Below, piece by piece: positions 20,053 through 30,298 of a DNA stretch of 64,000 nt. The notes under the pieces were generated by a model. The model did no database searches, was not told the DNA's origin, and saw nothing but the letters and a program-made list of their open reading frames with translations. The DNA comes from Candidatus Krumholzibacteriota bacterium (GTDB lineage: Bacteria; Krumholzibacteriota; Krumholzibacteriia; JAJRXK01): assembly GCA_963764625.1 (NCBI GenBank), contig CAVXTH010000009.1:224001-288000 (forward strand). The letters are read 5' to 3'. A program made the position numbers and the translations under genes. Each line of letters starts with the position of its first letter. Positions within the stretch are counted from its first letter, which is position 1.

Positions 20053-22029
20053 CTAGGCCGTTTCGTTGCGCGAACGATGCTCCTCGATGAGGTGCTTCAC
20101 CACATCCGGATCGGCCAGAGTGGAGATGTCCCCCAATCCGTCATACTGCGAGGATGCGATCTTCCGCAGCAGGCGCCGCATGATCTTACCGCTTCGTGTC
20201 TTGGGTAAACCGCTCGCGATGTGAATCACGTCGGGCGCCGCGAAGCCTCCGATCGCATGACGAACTTGTTCACGAAGCGCGCCGCTGATGTCATCCACCC
20301 CCACCTTGCTCTCACCGGCGGACAGCACCACGTAGGCGTAGATCCCGGTGCCCTTGATCTCATGCGGGACTCCCACCACCGCCGCTTCCGCGACCAGATC
20401 GTGCGCAATCAAGGCGCTTTCGATTTCAGCGGTTCCGAGACGGTGACCCGAGACGTTGAGTACGTCGTCGATCCTTCCCGTGATCCAATAGTCACCGTCT
20501 TCGTCACGCGTGCATCCATCGCCGGTGAAGTAGTAGCCAGGGTACTGTGTGAAATAGGTTTGCTTGAAGCGCTGGTGATCGCCCCACACGGTACGGGCTT
20601 GCCCCGGCCAGGGAGTCGCCAGGCATAGCGCTCCTTTGACCCCGTCGCCCTCCAGAACGGTGCCCTTCTCCGGATCGAGAATGATGGGCTTGATGCCGAA
20701 AAACGGCAGCATGGCGGCGCCGGGCTTGGTGGGGGTGACCCCGGGCAGCGGCGTGATGAGGATCCCCCCCGTCTCGGTTTGCCACCAGGTATCCACTACC
20801 GCACAGCAACCTCTCCCCACCACGTCGTGATACCACTTCCAGATCTCGGGATTGATGGGTTCGCCCACCGTGCCCAGGATGCGCAAGCTCTTCAGCTCGT
20901 ACTTCTTGACCCACTCGTCTCCAGCTCTTGCGATGGCGCGAAGCGCGGTGGGCGCGGTATAGAAGATCGTGATCCCCAGGTCCTGGACCATGCGCCAGTA
21001 ACGCCCGGGATCGGGATGGTTGGGAGTCGATTCGAACAGCACCGTGGTGGCGCCGTTGGCCAAAGGACCGTAGAGGATGTACGAGTGTCCGGTGATCCAA
21101 CCGATGTCGGCAGCGCAGCAATAGACGTCTTCCGGATGATAGTCGAACACGTATTTGTGCGTAACCGCCGCGTAGACCATGTACCCGCCAGTCGTGTGGA
21201 GCACGCCCTTGGGCTGACCGGTGCTGCCCGAAGTGTAGAGAATGAAGAGCGGGTCCTCCGCGCCCATCCACTCCACGGTACAGGTGGCACGTTGCTTATG
21301 GGACTCCTCGTCGAGCCAGAGATCGCGGCCCACCGTCATGGGGGTCTGTGACTCGGTTCGTCTGGCGACCAGAACCGTCTTCACGAAGTCCATCCCTTCG
21401 ACGGCCCGGTCGCAGATCTGTTTCAAGGGGATGCGTTTGCCTCCGCGCAGGCCCTCGTTGGCGGTGATGACTATCTGAGCCCTCGCGTCCACGATGCGAT
21501 CGCGCAGTGCTTCGGCGCTGAAGCCTCCGAAAACCACTGAATGCACTGCGCCGATGCGCGCACATGCCAGCATTGAGAAGGCCAGCTCCGGAATCATCGG
21601 CATGTACATGCAGACGCGATCGCCCTTCTTCACCCCGTGGGCCTTCAACACGTTTGCGATACGACACACCTCGTGCTTCAACTCGCGGTAGGTGATGTGT
21701 CGATAGGTGCCCGCCTCGTCGCTGGCCCAGATGAGAGCGGTCTTGTCGCCCTTCTCGGCCAAATGCCGGTCGACGCAATTGTAGCAGGCATTCAGACGGC
21801 CGCCGGAGAACCAGGCGAAATCGACCTCGTCGTAATCGGCGTCGAACACGGTGTTCCAGGGGTGAAACCACTCGAGCGTCTTGGCCTGTTCGGACCAGAA
21901 CCACTGCGGGTTGTCCAACGAAAGTCGATAGAGTCGTTCGTACTCTTCCATGCTCTGGATGTGGGCAGATTTCCGAATGTGATCTTTTACGGGGTAGATC
22001 TCTGGCACCTCGACCTCCTGAACTCGCAT
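20053..22029 (-). CDS. acs: Acetyl-CoA synthetase
   Basis: YTSGSTGQPKG, DTWWQTETGG, GRIDDVLNVSGHRLGTAE, PKTRSGKIMRR. Confidence 0.97.
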   Translation of the reverse strand: MRVQEVEVPEIYPVKDHIRKSAHIQSMEEYERLYRLSLDNPQWFWSEQAKTLEWFHPWNTVFDADYDEVDFAWFSGGRLNACYNCVDRHLAEKGDKTALIWASDEAGTYRHITYRELKHEVCRIANVLKAHGVKKGDRVCMYMPMIPELAFSMLACARIGAVHSVVFGGFSAEALRDRIVDARAQIVITANEGLRGGKRIPLKQICDRAVEGMDFVKTVLVARRTESQTPMTVGRDLWLDEESHKQRATCTVEWMGAEDPLFILYTSGSTGQPKGVLHTTGGYMVYAAVTHKYVFDYHPEDVYCCAADIGWITGHSYILYGPLANGATTVLFESTPNHPDPGRYWRMVQDLGITIFYTAPTALRAIARAGDEWVKKYELKSLRILGTVGEPINPEIWKWYHDVVGRGCCAVVDTWWQTETGGILITPLPGVTPTKPGAAMLPFFGIKPIILDPEKGTVLEGDGVKGALCLATPWPGQARTVWGDHQRFKQTYFTQYPGYYFTGDGCTRDEDGDYWITGRIDDVLNVSGHRLGTAEIESALIAHDLVAEAAVVGVPHEIKGTGIYAYVVLSAGESKVGVDDISGALREQVRHAIGGFAAPDVIHIASGLPKTRSGKIMRRLLRKIASSQYDGLGDISTLADPDVVKHLIEEHRSRNETA

Positions 22030-22215
22030 GGATCCGTGGGGAACGGGCCGCCAAGCGCGACCACTTCATTTTAGCGGAAGTTCTCTCTTCCATGTAGTGA
22101 AGATCTCTGCTCCTTGACGGGGCGGTCGCTCATGACCGAGACTGGCGCCATGTCAGTTCCACCTGCCCAATTCGAAGCCCAACCGCGGAATCGCCGCGCG
22201 ATCGGACGCACGAGC

Positions 22216-23259
22216 ATGGCGAACCATCGGCGAGGTCATCGTCGAAAGGAGCCCTGGTGGGCGGATTGCACCGATCGCGAACTGCTCGAGCTGCGACTCT
22301 GCGATCTCGATCTCAAGGTGGAGGAGAGCCCGATCCAGGAGCGGCTGGAGAGGCTCTACGAAGAGCTGGAGGAAAAGCGGATTCGTCTTCGTCCGCACGT
22401 TTGGTTCTCGCACGAGTGGTTCAGTCCGGACGGGATTCCCGGGTTCGGGATTCCCTTCTATCTCGCCCACGACCGTCTGAAGCGGCTCGAGCAGAAGATG
22501 ATGCTGGAGGTGGAAGGGGGGACCGCCAGCGATTGCCTGAAGCTCATGCGCCACGAGACGGGCCACTGTATCTGCACCGCCTACCGCCTCCACTATTCTC
22601 GCCGTTGGCGCAAGACCTTCGGCGCCATGGGGACGCCGTACCCGCAGAGCTATCTCCCCCGTGCGCAGTCCAAGCGCTACGTCTTGCATCTGGACTGGTG
22701 GTATGCGCAAGCTCATCCGGCGGAGGATTTCGCGGAGACCTTCGCGGTGTGGCTGAAGCCCAATTCGCGCTGGAGACAGGCGTACCGGGGTTGGCCGGCT
22801 CTGCTCAAGCTGCGCTACGTGCACGACGCGATGGCAAAGATCGCCAACCAGCCCACCATAGTTCGCTCGAAGCGACACGTCGAACCCCTCAAGTTGCTGC
22901 GGTACACCCTCAGGGAGTACTACGAAGCGAAGAGGGAGACCTACGGCAGCCAAAGTCCCGACGTCTACCTGCGCGACCTGAGACGTCTGTTCTCCGACGA
23001 ACCGCGTCATGCACGCCGTATGTCCGCCGCCGTCTTCCTGCGGCGGCATCGCCGACGGATTCGCGAACAGGTCTCGCGCTGGACGGGGGAATATCAATAC
23101 ACGGTCGACCTTGTTCTGCGGGACATGATCGAGAGTTGCAAAGCCCAGAAACTGCGCCTTCGAGAGTCGGAAACACGCACCCTCAGCGACGCGACCACTT
23201 TGGTTACGGTGCAGACCATGAACTTTCTCCACCGTGTGCCCCACAGGATCCTGGTATGA
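22216..23259 (+). CDS. Putative zinc-binding metallopeptidase (Peptidase_Mx-like)
   Basis: RHETGH zincin motif and downstream YAQAHPAEDFAETFAVWL; start uncertain. Confidence 0.82.
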   Translation: MANHRRGHRRKEPWWADCTDRELLELRLCDLDLKVEESPIQERLERLYEELEEKRIRLRPHVWFSHEWFSPDGIPGFGIPFYLAHDRLKRLEQKMMLEVEGGTASDCLKLMRHETGHCICTAYRLHYSRRWRKTFGAMGTPYPQSYLPRAQSKRYVLHLDWWYAQAHPAEDFAETFAVWLKPNSRWRQAYRGWPALLKLRYVHDAMAKIANQPTIVRSKRHVEPLKLLRYTLREYYEAKRETYGSQSPDVYLRDLRRLFSDEPRHARRMSAAVFLRRHRRRIREQVSRWTGEYQYTVDLVLRDMIESCKAQKLRLRESETRTLSDATTLVTVQTMNFLHRVPHRILV

Positions 23260-24284
23260 AACGCCTTCGGATCGTCGTTCTGTGCCATGAGGATCTCGTG
23301 CCTCCGGAGACTCTGCCCCCGGACGACAGCGATGCCATGGAACCGTGGCGAACCGAGTACGACGTCGTATCCACCCTCCGGGCCCTTGGTCACGAGGTGG
23401 CGGTGGTCGGCGTCAGCGACGATCTGGGAGTGATTCGCGAAGCCATCGATGAACATCGCCCGCACATCGCCTTCAACCTCACCGAAGAATTCCACGGAGA
23501 GGCGGTGTACGATCAGCACGTCGTGAGCTATCTCGAGCTGCGGAGGATGCCCTACACGGGTTGTAATCCTCGGGGGCTCATGCTGGCCCACGACAAGGGG
23601 CTCTGCCGAAAGATTTTGGCCTACCATCGGGTTCCGGGTCCGCGCTTTGTCGTGTTTCCCATGAATCGGAAAATTCGTCCGCCGAAAAAAATGAGCTATC
23701 CGCTCTTCGTGAAATCACAGGTGGAAGACGCCTCCCTCGGCATCGCCCAGGCTTCGGTGGTGGAGGATGAGTCGAAGCTCAGAGAACGCGTACAGTTCAT
23801 CCACGAGAGCGTGGGGACGGATGCGATCGTGGAAGAATACATCGAGGGACGCGAGCTCTATTTAGGTCTGGTCGGAAACCGGCGTCTGCAGACCTTTCCC
23901 CTGTGGGAAATGGTGTTCAAGAACGTACCGAGCGGCACTCACCGCATCGCGACCTCAAAGGCCAAATGGGACGTCGTATACCAGAAGAAGATGGGAATCG
24001 CGATCGAGGCAGCTCGTAACATTTCTCCCGAGCTCGCGGACCGCATATCCCGTCTCGCCAAGAGAGTGTATCGCATTCTGGGACTCTCCGGTTACGCCAG
24101 ACTCGATTTGCGACTAGACGATCAGAACGGAATCCACCTGATCGAGGTGAACCCCAACCCCGATCTCGCGTATGACGATCTGCTGGCGGAATCGGCCCTG
24201 CGGGGGGGGATCAAATACGACGCTCTCTTGACCCGCATCCTGAACCTGGGGCTCCAACACCGCGCGCAGTGGAGCCGGCGCTGA
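23256..24284 (+). CDS. D-Ala-D-Ala-ligase-family ATP-grasp enzyme
   Basis: PYTGC..HDK, PLFVKS..EDASLGI, IVEEYIEGRE, GYARLDLR, IEVNPNP; ATGA overlap with the peptidase. Confidence 0.88.
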   Translation: MKRLRIVVLCHEDLVPPETLPPDDSDAMEPWRTEYDVVSTLRALGHEVAVVGVSDDLGVIREAIDEHRPHIAFNLTEEFHGEAVYDQHVVSYLELRRMPYTGCNPRGLMLAHDKGLCRKILAYHRVPGPRFVVFPMNRKIRPPKKMSYPLFVKSQVEDASLGIAQASVVEDESKLRERVQFIHESVGTDAIVEEYIEGRELYLGLVGNRRLQTFPLWEMVFKNVPSGTHRIATSKAKWDVVYQKKMGIAIEAARNISPELADRISRLAKRVYRILGLSGYARLDLRLDDQNGIHLIEVNPNPDLAYDDLLAESALRGGIKYDALLTRILNLGLQHRAQWSRR

Positions 24285-24328
24285 GTTCGCGGCCGACTCA
24301 CAGCTCGCCCTGTGCGCATTTTGAGGGT

Positions 24329-25078
24329 TCAAGGGGTAATCTTCTTCTCCTGGGCGATCTCGTCCAGGGCGCGGCGTATCCGTCGGCCAAGAAGCCCGAT
24401 GAGCGCGAGGGCGCTGACCGATCCCAGGATGATGAAGATCGATTCGCTTCGGGCCAGGGAGCCCGCGTCGGGAGTGGAGTGTCCGAGGCGATAGATCGCG
24501 TGGCCGATCGAGGCGTGAAGCAGCGCTTTGGGAACCAGAATCAGCCAGGTGATCATGTAGCGGGTAAAGCTTACGCGAGCGGCACCCAGGACGTAGTTGA
24601 CCACGGCAAAGTTGGTGGGAGAGAGACGCAGGAGGGCCAGGATCTTCCAGTCCTTGAGACCGGCCAGACGATAGAAGCGGCGCAGGCGCGGGCGAGCCTC
24701 GATGAATCGTGACACCCTTTCCGCGAAGAGCCAGCGGGACCCGATGAACATCTCCATCGCAGCCAGCGCGCTCGCGAGGATGAGGATCTGAAATCCCTTG
24801 GTTACCCCGAAGATCGCGCCACAGCTCAGGTCGAGGATCGAGAGCGGAAAGAAACTGGGGGCCAGGATCAGATAGAGCAGGATGAACGCAAGCGGCGCCC
24901 AGGGTCCCATGCTCTCGATGAGCGGTCGCAGGCGCGCGAAATTGTGGGCGAGAACAAGGCCCAACCCGCCCAAGACTCCCAGGGCGATCAGGATCCCCCA
25001 CAAGCGGGGGGACTTGAAACTCCACTGCTTCGATGGGGCCACGGAATCGTCGTGCTTGTGGGCGGGTTGTACCGGCAT
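24329..25078 (-). CDS. TVP38/TMEM64 (VTT, DedA-superfamily) membrane protein
   Basis: GPWAPLAFI...P..GAIFG..G, LLRLSP..F..NYVLG...F..Y. Confidence 0.85.
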   Translation of the reverse strand: MPVQPAHKHDDSVAPSKQWSFKSPRLWGILIALGVLGGLGLVLAHNFARLRPLIESMGPWAPLAFILLYLILAPSFFPLSILDLSCGAIFGVTKGFQILILASALAAMEMFIGSRWLFAERVSRFIEARPRLRRFYRLAGLKDWKILALLRLSPTNFAVVNYVLGAARVSFTRYMITWLILVPKALLHASIGHAIYRLGHSTPDAGSLARSESIFIILGSVSALALIGLLGRRIRRALDEIAQEKKITP

Positions 25079-25206
25079 GCGTTCGCTTCCCCGATGGATC
25101 GCCAGGTTTGGCTGAAATCCCAGGGGATTGTACTGATTTCTGCCAGCGCGGCCATGGTCTATACTTTTGCTCCGAGTGGAGGATCCCGCTCGACTGGAGT
25201 GATACC

Positions 25207-27915
25207 GTGCTAGATCTTCCCGTGCCCACCGTCGCTTCACGCGACTCCGCCCCCTGGCTGGCTCTCCTGGTAGCCGTGCTCGCTCTCTCGGCCTACCTGA
25301 GGACCCTGTGTCCAACCATCTTCGCGGGCGACTCGGGAGAACTGGCGGCGGCGGCGGTGACGCTGGGGATCGCGCATCCTCCCGGCTATCCACTGTGGGT
25401 TCTGCTGGCGCATGGACTGACGTTTTTGAGCCCGCACGAACCCGCGTTGGCTCTCAACGTCTTCTCGGCGGTTTGCGGCGCGATCGCCGCCGCGATGCTC
25501 ACGAGCTTGCTGCTGCGCATCCGCGTCTCGCCCCTCGCGGCGGTCGCGGGCGGCCTGGGTTACGCGTTCGCGATCGGTCCCTGGAGCCAGTCGGTCATCA
25601 CCGAAGTCTACGCGTTGAACATGGCCCTGACCGCTCTTTCGCTCTGGGCCGCCGTGGCTGGCTTGCAGGGAAAGCGATGGGGCTATCCTCTCGCGGCCCT
25701 GCTCTTGGGTCTGGGGATGGGCAATCACCCCCTCGTCGCGCTCGCCGGCTTGCCGCTGCTGGCGTGGTGGGCCCATACCCGTCACGAGAGGCCACGCGAC
25801 GCGCCTCTGTTGGTCCCGCTGCTGCTCTTCTTCCTGGGCCTCAGCGTCTATCTCTACCTTCCCCTTCGTCAGAGCCAAAACCCCACGATCGAATGGGGTG
25901 GCATGAAAGACCTGGGCGACGTCCTGCGCCATGTTCTGCGATCCCAATACACCGGACCCTCCGCGGCGGCGGGGGTCGGCTCGCTGGGGACGCGACTGCG
26001 GGTCTTTTTCCAGCTCTTCGCGGAGGATGTACCGCCTCTGGTCTGGGTATTTGCCGTGGCCAGCGCTCTCGCCCTGCGCCACGCCGCGCGCAGAGTTGTG
26101 ACCCTGGGCTCATGGAGTCTGTGGCTGCTCAGTGGGCCAGTGTTGGCGGCGAGCATCGGCTTCGCGGACACCTTTCGCGATCGCACGGTGGTGCGAGTCT
26201 ACTTTCTAACCGCGGTCTTCTCCGCCTACCTCCTAGCGGGAATCGGCTTCAGCGAGATCCTCGCCATCGTGCTGTCGAAACTCCCCACTCGAGCGCGCCT
26301 TTTGAAGTCCGTGGCCGCGGCGCTCCTCGCGGCGGTGGTCCTCTGGCAAGGTTGGTCGAATTTCCCCGTTTGCAATCGCCGCCACTCGACTCTGGCGCGC
26401 GACTACGCGGACGCGGTGCTTCTGGCCCTTCCTGAGGGAGCGCGCCTCTTCGCGAACGGAGGCGACGCGGAGGTCTTTTCGCTGATCTACGAGCACGTGG
26501 CGAAGGGAGTCCGTCCCGACCTGACCCTGTACGATACGTTTCTGAATCTGACGGTGGAGAACTACGGTCAGGACTTCCTCACCCTGAACCGCTCGCAGCG
26601 CAAGGCCGAGCGTATCAATCGAGAAATCCAGTTCGCCCTCGACGAACCGAAGCGAACGATCTTCTACACCGAACGCACGCCCACCAAGGGCTTCGCCGGC
26701 TGCACCCTGGTGCCCAACCAGATGATCTTCCAGTTGCTGCGGCCGGGGGAGAAGCCGGCGGAGATTTCGGCCGAGGTCGAGCCCATGCCGCCGGTCGATT
26801 CCGGAGATTGCATCGAGAGCGTGCTCGCTGCGTCCATCCAGTACCAGAGCGGTCTCTCGGCCGAGGCTCGCGGCGCGAGGAACCGGGCCAAGGAGTACTT
26901 CGAACGGGCGCTGACCTACGGGAAGAACGCGACGGGGATCCAGGTGGTAGTGGGAGAAGCGTTCGCTCGAAACGGAGACGAGAAGAGCGCCTGGGAGTGC
27001 TACCGCCGGGCCCTGGCCATCGACCCGCGCGATCCCGCGGCCCTCTACGCGGTGGCCGTGCTCCAGATGGCTAACGGTCATGAGGCGGATGCTTTGCGCA
27101 CTCTGAAGGAGATGGATCGGCTCGCGGTAAGGGCACCAGAGGTCTACATGCAGTACGGAACTCTGTTGGCCCTGAAAGGAGAGTTCGAGCCAGCGATCCG
27201 CGCCGCGACACGCGCGCTTTCGCTCGATCCCTCGCTCGAATCCGCGAAGACCCTCCTGGGTCTGGCACGCGAAGGCGAGGGCCTGGGAGGTCAAAAAGGG
27301 GTCGATGCGATCCGCGAGCGAGTCCAGAGGCTCCGGGTGGATTCGACTCTGCACGCGGCGCGTCTACAGCTGGAACGAGGAGAGTATCAACGGGCACGCG
27401 ATCTCTTCGAGACCGCTCTGAGAGCCGCGCCCAGCGACAGCCATGTCCTCTACGGACTCGGATACGCACTGCTGGAGGACCAGAGATTCGAGGAGGCGGC
27501 CCAAGCCTTTCGACGCATGCTCGAACTCGATCCCGAGTCGGTGAGCGGGATCAATGCCCTCGCCTACACCGACGCGATCATGGGAAAGAATCTCGAGCGT
27601 GCGAGGCAAAGCGTCCTCTCGGTACTGACGAACTCGAAGGACCTGCATCCCTATCTTCTGGATACTCTGGGCTGGATTCTTCAGCGCGAGGGGAAGCCCC
27701 ACGAAGCGCTTCCCTACCTGAAGGACGCGGAGGAGAAGCTGCCCCAGACCGATCGCTCGATGCGAGCGGAAAATCGGTTTCACCTCGCGGCCGTGCTGGA
27801 AGATCTGGGCCAGGACGCAGCGTCGCGGTCCTACGCCGCCCAGGCGCTCGTGGAATCATCCGATCAGTTCTGGGTGCCCGAGTTGAAGGCGCTGCAGAAG
27901 CGGCTGGGGAGCTGA
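25207..27915 (+). CDS. DUF2723 (TMEM260-like GT-C fold) membrane glycosyltransferase with C-terminal TPR repeats
   Basis: YLRTLCPTIFAGDSGEL...GIAHPPGYPLW, WSQSVITEVY, YLYLPLR; about 10 TMs then TPR array (DTLGWI). Confidence 0.85.
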   Translation: MLDLPVPTVASRDSAPWLALLVAVLALSAYLRTLCPTIFAGDSGELAAAAVTLGIAHPPGYPLWVLLAHGLTFLSPHEPALALNVFSAVCGAIAAAMLTSLLLRIRVSPLAAVAGGLGYAFAIGPWSQSVITEVYALNMALTALSLWAAVAGLQGKRWGYPLAALLLGLGMGNHPLVALAGLPLLAWWAHTRHERPRDAPLLVPLLLFFLGLSVYLYLPLRQSQNPTIEWGGMKDLGDVLRHVLRSQYTGPSAAAGVGSLGTRLRVFFQLFAEDVPPLVWVFAVASALALRHAARRVVTLGSWSLWLLSGPVLAASIGFADTFRDRTVVRVYFLTAVFSAYLLAGIGFSEILAIVLSKLPTRARLLKSVAAALLAAVVLWQGWSNFPVCNRRHSTLARDYADAVLLALPEGARLFANGGDAEVFSLIYEHVAKGVRPDLTLYDTFLNLTVENYGQDFLTLNRSQRKAERINREIQFALDEPKRTIFYTERTPTKGFAGCTLVPNQMIFQLLRPGEKPAEISAEVEPMPPVDSGDCIESVLAASIQYQSGLSAEARGARNRAKEYFERALTYGKNATGIQVVVGEAFARNGDEKSAWECYRRALAIDPRDPAALYAVAVLQMANGHEADALRTLKEMDRLAVRAPEVYMQYGTLLALKGEFEPAIRAATRALSLDPSLESAKTLLGLAREGEGLGGQKGVDAIRERVQRLRVDSTLHAARLQLERGEYQRARDLFETALRAAPSDSHVLYGLGYALLEDQRFEEAAQAFRRMLELDPESVSGINALAYTDAIMGKNLERARQSVLSVLTNSKDLHPYLLDTLGWILQREGKPHEALPYLKDAEEKLPQTDRSMRAENRFHLAAVLEDLGQDAASRSYAAQALVESSDQFWVPELKALQKRLGS

Positions 27916-27922
27916 CCCACTA

Positions 27923-28924
27923 CTACCGCGGGCGGAAGTAGCGCAGCGAATCCTCGATCGTCTGTTTGGGATTCAGCAGGAGATCGAGAAACTCGACACA
28001 GAGCGCCCTGAACAGCCTCGGTTTTTCGACCGATAGTCCTTCGGTGGATAGTCCCTTCAGGTGGAAGCGCCAGTAGTCGCGGCCGCGGCCCATGAAGAAG
28101 GAGCGCGCGAGGCGACGATAGTGTCGATCCCGGCGCAGCTCCCATTCCTCGTCATACACTGCCGGCTCGAGGAACTTTTTGCCGTAGCGGTGCAGAACGA
28201 TCAGGCTGTCGAGCTGGCTGTTGTCGTAATGGCGAATCTGGGAGTAGATCGATTCGGGATCGACGCGCAGGTAGCTCAGGACCTGATGGATGAACCCGAA
28301 ATCCCAGTTCATGAGAATCTCGTAACAGGCCTCGGTGTCCTCGTGCAATCGCCCTTCACGGTAGAAGGGTCGAGCCTGCCGCACCACTTCGCCGCGCATC
28401 ATGACGGTGGTGGGAGAACCGAAGAGAAACATCTGGCTCAGCAGGTGGCGTGAGGCGATCTCCTTCCCCGAGAAGACGGTCTCGGTATAGGGAAGTCCCA
28501 TGCCGCACAGCGTCAGACCTTGCAGGTAGTAGGAGGAGATCAAGCCGACGCGAGGATTTGCTTCTCCCAGGGTGACCATTTCGCGCAGGCAGCCGGGGTA
28601 GATCCAGTCGTCAGCCTGGACGATCTTGCAATACGCGCTCGAGGGGTCCAGGTACTCCAGGGCCTTGTTGTAGTTGGGCACCTGACCGCGGAATTCTTGG
28701 CTGCGAATGTAGCGAATCCGGGGATCGCGATCGGCGTACTCGCGCCCGATCGCTTCGGACCCGTCCGTGCTCACGTTGTCGTGCAGGATGTACTCGAAGT
28801 TCGGATAGTCCTGCGCGAGCACGCTTTCGATGCACTCGCGCAGGTGATTCGCCGTGTTGTAGAAGGGAGTGACGACCGAAACCAAAGGCATCTCGGATGG
28901 AGATGTCGGAAATTCCGGACCCAT
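27923..28924 (-). CDS. Family 2 glycosyltransferase
   Basis: PLVSVVTPFYN...CIESVLAQ...DNVSTDGS, ADD motif, HED. Confidence 0.92.
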   Translation of the reverse strand: MGPEFPTSPSEMPLVSVVTPFYNTANHLRECIESVLAQDYPNFEYILHDNVSTDGSEAIGREYADRDPRIRYIRSQEFRGQVPNYNKALEYLDPSSAYCKIVQADDWIYPGCLREMVTLGEANPRVGLISSYYLQGLTLCGMGLPYTETVFSGKEIASRHLLSQMFLFGSPTTVMMRGEVVRQARPFYREGRLHEDTEACYEILMNWDFGFIHQVLSYLRVDPESIYSQIRHYDNSQLDSLIVLHRYGKKFLEPAVYDEEWELRRDRHYRRLARSFFMGRGRDYWRFHLKGLSTEGLSVEKPRLFRALCVEFLDLLLNPKQTIEDSLRYFRPR

Positions 28925-28948
28925 CGATTGCCTCCGGGCGTGTCGACC

Positions 28949-30298
28949 CTACTTCGACTCCATCCGCGCGGTGATGGCTTCGCCGAATCCCGAGCACGAG
29001 AGTTCGGTGACCCCCTCACGTCCTTCGCGAATCATGAGACGCGCCAGATCGTAGGTGACCTTGCCATCCAGGATCGCCGCGGCGATGCCATTGTTGATGA
29101 GCTGCGCCGCTTCCTTCCATCCCAGGTATTCGAGCATCATCACCGCGGACAGGATGATCGAGCCAGGATTGACTTTGTCCATGCCGGTATACTTGGGAGC
29201 CGTGCCGTGCGTCGCCTCGAAGAGAGCGACCTCATCGGACATGTTGGCGCCGGGGCCGAGTCCCAATCCACCGACGAGAGCGATGGCCGCGTCGGAGAGG
29301 AAGTCACCTTCGAGATTGGGGAGAGCCAGTACGCTGTACTCTTCCGGGCGCGTCTGGATCTGCTGGAAGATGGAATCGGCGATGCGGTCCTTCACCAGGA
29401 TCTTGCCCTTGGGCATCTTGCCGTCCAGCTCGTCCCAGAGCTGCTTCTCGGTGATGGTCTTGTCGCCGAACTCCTCCTTGGCCAGCTCGTAGCCCCACTT
29501 GGCGAACGAACCCTCCGTGAACTTCATGATGTTTCCCTTGTGCACGATGGTCATGGAGGGAAGCTCATGAGCCACGGCCCATTGCAGTGCCTTGCGAACC
29601 AAACGCTGAGTTCCAAAGGTCGAGATGGGTTTGATGCCGATACCGCTGTCGGAGCGGATTTCGCGCCCGGTCATGTCCTTGACCAGCTTGATGATGGCCA
29701 GCGCCACGTCTCCGCCCTTCTCGAAATCGTAGCCGGCGTAGACGTCCTCGGTGTTTTCACGAAAGAGGATGAAATCGACTTTGTTGGCGTACTTGTTCGG
29801 CGAGGGCACGCCTTCGAAATACCGGATCGGCCTCACGCATGCGTAGAGGTCGAGATGTTGGCGGAAACGCACGTTGATCGAACGGAATCGTTCGCACACC
29901 CCGTCGGTCTTGTTGCACTTGTCGCAGCTGCCCGGATGATACTGCTGGTGCGCGCAGTGCAGACAGACATGGGTCTCTTCGCCGATCGGCGTGGTGAAGG
30001 GACCTTTGATGGCGACCTTCAGGTAGCGGATGGCCTCCACCGTTTCCTTTGGAAATTCGCTTCCGTAGGTCTGAAGCCCCTCGAGACCGGCGTAGAGCGG
30101 ACACCAGACGATGGAACGATCGCCGTTGTAGGCCTTGTGGACCGCGGCTTCGACCACGGTTTGCATCACCGGGGTGATGTCGAGCCCGATGCCATCGCCC
30201 CGCAAAACGCCGATGATGGGCCGAGAACCCACGATGGGTTTTCCGTCGCGCACCTCGATGCGATCGCCTTCGGGAAGAGTCACTTTCGAGAATTTCAC
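28949..30298 (-). CDS. icd: NADP-dependent isocitrate dehydrogenase with a Cys-rich insertion
   Basis: GDGIG, KGPFTTP, RSINV..RQ, FRENTEDVY, HKGNIMKFTEG, EATHGTAPKY, VTYDLAR (NADP-type K/Y/Y/R residues); GTG start after AAGGAG. Confidence 0.96.
   Translation of the reverse strand: MKFSKVTLPEGDRIEVRDGKPIVGSRPIIGVLRGDGIGLDITPVMQTVVEAAVHKAYNGDRSIVWCPLYAGLEGLQTYGSEFPKETVEAIRYLKVAIKGPFTTPIGEETHVCLHCAHQQYHPGSCDKCNKTDGVCERFRSINVRFRQHLDLYACVRPIRYFEGVPSPNKYANKVDFILFRENTEDVYAGYDFEKGGDVALAIIKLVKDMTGREIRSDSGIGIKPISTFGTQRLVRKALQWAVAHELPSMTIVHKGNIMKFTEGSFAKWGYELAKEEFGDKTITEKQLWDELDGKMPKGKILVKDRIADSIFQQIQTRPEEYSVLALPNLEGDFLSDAAIALVGGLGLGPGANMSDEVALFEATHGTAPKYTGMDKVNPGSIILSAVMMLEYLGWKEAAQLINNGIAAAILDGKVTYDLARLMIREGREGVTELSCSGFGEAITARMESK

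Noticed and set aside
22257-23255. Apparent 675-aa ATP-grasp ORF with a long N-terminal extension
   Set aside because: The extension is an off-frame read of the peptidase gene; the true start is the ATGA overlap at 23256
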